Shown here: piece by piece, positions 62,474-64,000 of the stretch
Numbering within the stretch: the stretch's first letter is position 1
Layout of the letters: every line of letters begins with the position of its first letter
From: Vulcanimicrobiota bacterium
GTDB lineage: Bacteria > Vulcanimicrobiota > Vulcanimicrobiia > Vulcanimicrobiales > Vulcanimicrobiaceae
Assembly (NCBI GenBank): GCA_963695225.1
Contig: OY968762.1
Span: 2,336,001 to 2,400,000 of the forward strand
Direction: 5' to 3'
DNA: 64,000 nt
Program-made: the position numbers and the translations under genes
Notes under the pieces: model-generated
What the model was told of the DNA's origin: nothing
Databases searched by the model: none
The model's input: only the letters and a program-made list of their open reading frames with translations

Positions 62474-63549
62474 GTGAGGGCTCCTTGCGCAAGCGCGGTG
62501 TAAGCGGACGGAATGTACGAACAGCAGGGTTCGGATGCGAACGGGTCGCCGGTGAAGCCGTAGGCGCGGGCCCGCGACCCCCCGCAGAGCCCGTTGTAAT
62601 CGCAGACGCCGCACTTTCCGCTGAACGTGCCTGCGTCTCGCAGGCGCTGCATGATCGGATCGTTGCGGTAGACGTCGATGAGGCTGCTCGTGCGGACGTT
62701 GCCGACGGTGAAGGGCAGGAAGCCGCTCGGCTCGATCTCGCCGAGGTGCGAGATGAAGACGAAGCCACGGCCGTCCCCGATCGCCGGGAAGCGCAGCGTC
62801 GGATTCGCTTTCTTCGGTTGCTGATCGGGCGGCAGCATCGCGAGCTGTTGGAGGACGAATCGGCGGTAATGCGGCGCTTCGGTCGTCTTGACGTCGAACG
62901 GCGCCGTGAGCCAGACCTTGAACAATTCGCCGAAGGCAAGCTCGTGCTCGGCCGCGCTCAGGACGTCGGCTTGTTGCGCGCGTCCCGTCGGAACCAGGAA
63001 GAACGCGCTCCACATGCGCGCGCCGAGATCGGGCATCAGGGCCGCCATCTCCGGGATGCGCGTGTGGTTGTGCTTGCCGATCGTCGTGTTCACCTGAAGC
63101 TCGAGCCCGATCGCCATGGCGTCGTGCGCCGCGTTGACCGTGCGCAAGAACGCGCCCTTGACGCCGCGGAAGGCGTCGTGCGTCTCGGCATCCGGCCCGT
63201 CGATCGAGAGCGAGATGCGGCGGCATCCCGCAGCGTGCAGCTTCTCGAGCGCCGCGCGCGTGAGGCGGCCGGTCCCGCTCGGGGAGACGGCCATGCGTAG
63301 ACCGCGCTGCGTCCCGTATTCGACGATCTCGAAGATGTCGGGGCGCATCAGCGGGTCGCCGCCCGTCAGGATGAAGATCGGCTCGCCGCAGGCGACGACG
63401 TCGTCGACGAGCTTCTTGGCCTCTTCGGTCGTCAGCTCATCGGGGTTCCGGTGCGGGATCGCCTCCGCACGGCAGTGTTTGCAGGCGAGCGCACACGCTC
63501 GGGTGGTTTCCCAAATGACGATCCGGGGCCCGTCATCGTACATACGCAT
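62470..63549 (-). CDS. ahbD: Radical SAM/SPASM protein, AhbD-like
   Basis: WETTRACALACKHCRA, FFLVPTGR, KTTEAPHYRR, CGGSRARAY. Confidence 0.72.
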   Translation of the reverse strand: MRMYDDGPRIVIWETTRACALACKHCRAEAIPHRNPDELTTEEAKKLVDDVVACGEPIFILTGGDPLMRPDIFEIVEYGTQRGLRMAVSPSGTGRLTRAALEKLHAAGCRRISLSIDGPDAETHDAFRGVKGAFLRTVNAAHDAMAIGLELQVNTTIGKHNHTRIPEMAALMPDLGARMWSAFFLVPTGRAQQADVLSAAEHELAFGELFKVWLTAPFDVKTTEAPHYRRFVLQQLAMLPPDQQPKKANPTLRFPAIGDGRGFVFISHLGEIEPSGFLPFTVGNVRTSSLIDVYRNDPIMQRLRDAGTFSGKCGVCDYNGLCGGSRARAYGFTGDPFASEPCCSYIPSAYTALAQGALT

Positions 63550-63651
63550 GGGCCGAGGGTACCGTGAGGCTGGTACGCCCTGACGAAGGGAAGGCGCCGG
63601 GGCGTACTTACCTCGTTCACGCCGTCTTCACGTTCTTCACGAGATCGGCGG

Positions 63652-64000
63652 CTAGTCGTCGCCCGCGAGGATGCCGTAGATCTCCCGCCTGGCGCGGTCG
63701 ATCACGGCGAGGATGCGCTCCCGCGTGGCGGGATCGCCGTGGTGCAGCCCTTGGCGCATCGCTGCGACGAAGGCCATCGCGGCGGAGCGAACCGTCCGCC
63801 GGCCGGCCGCGTCGCCGATTTCATCGCCGTCCTCGGGGTCCGCGGGGTCGTCCGGGCTCACGCGCTCTTCGAGGAGCCCGCGGCCGGCCTGGGTGATCGT
63901 GTAGACCCGCTTTCCGTCGACCGTCTCGCCGGTCAGAAAGCCGCCCTCTTCGAGCATTTGCAACGTCGGGTAGACCGAACCGGGGCTGGGCCGGTAGCGG
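63652..64000 (-). CDS. PadR family transcriptional regulator, 5'-partial
   Basis: …YRPSPGSVYPTLQMLEEGG…KRVYTIT…RREIYGILA; frame runs off the window end. Confidence 0.88.
   Translation of the reverse strand, partial: RYRPSPGSVYPTLQMLEEGGFLTGETVDGKRVYTITQAGRGLLEERVSPDDPADPEDGDEIGDAAGRRTVRSAAMAFVAAMRQGLHHGDPATRERILAVIDRARREIYGILAGDD

Noticed and set aside
60693..62939. Apparent 748-aa fusion ending in BchJ
   Set aside because: The upstream part is an off-frame shadow of ahbC/ahbD; bchJ starts at 61289. The same artefact extends the track ORFs for csaB, tgt, lspA, yggS, punA, GNAT and the CAP protein.

Overview
This is a high-GC chromosomal window of mostly housekeeping genes. It combines outer-membrane traits (a TonB-dependent receptor) with Terrabacteria-type genes (sepF, divIVA, whiA, csaB/DUF5693) and bchJ, which suggests Ca. 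Eremiobacterota/Vulcanimicrobiota (inference, not verified). Contents: a TBDR with an odd C-terminal extension; redox/iron genes; a CheA-derived (class III) kinase-CheY-CheX operon with sigma-28-like promoters; tRNA-Val; metYX; csaB; ileS; divergent ilv and leu operons; a DAHP synthase; tgt-rluA-lspA-ccdA / lgt-yggS-sepF-divIVA-leuB; a small flgF-flgG-flgJ-fliA operon; an ECF sigma/anti-sigma pair with cupredoxin and metallophosphoesterase; and a long minus-strand run ahbD-ahbC-bchJ-whiA-gap-pgk-tpiA-gpmI-punA. The most notable signals are non-coding or missed by the ORF track. These are three leader-peptide attenuators (one with an F-S-Y-W-Y-W-F core that appears to sense all three aromatic amino acids ahead of a DAHP synthase lacking an allosteric domain), a putative sigma-28 regulon, an 11-bp periodic operator before the flagellar operon, paired ECF promoters, and a dispersed repeat family. 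No integrase, transposase or CRISPR was found. All calls come from reading motifs by eye; no searches were run.
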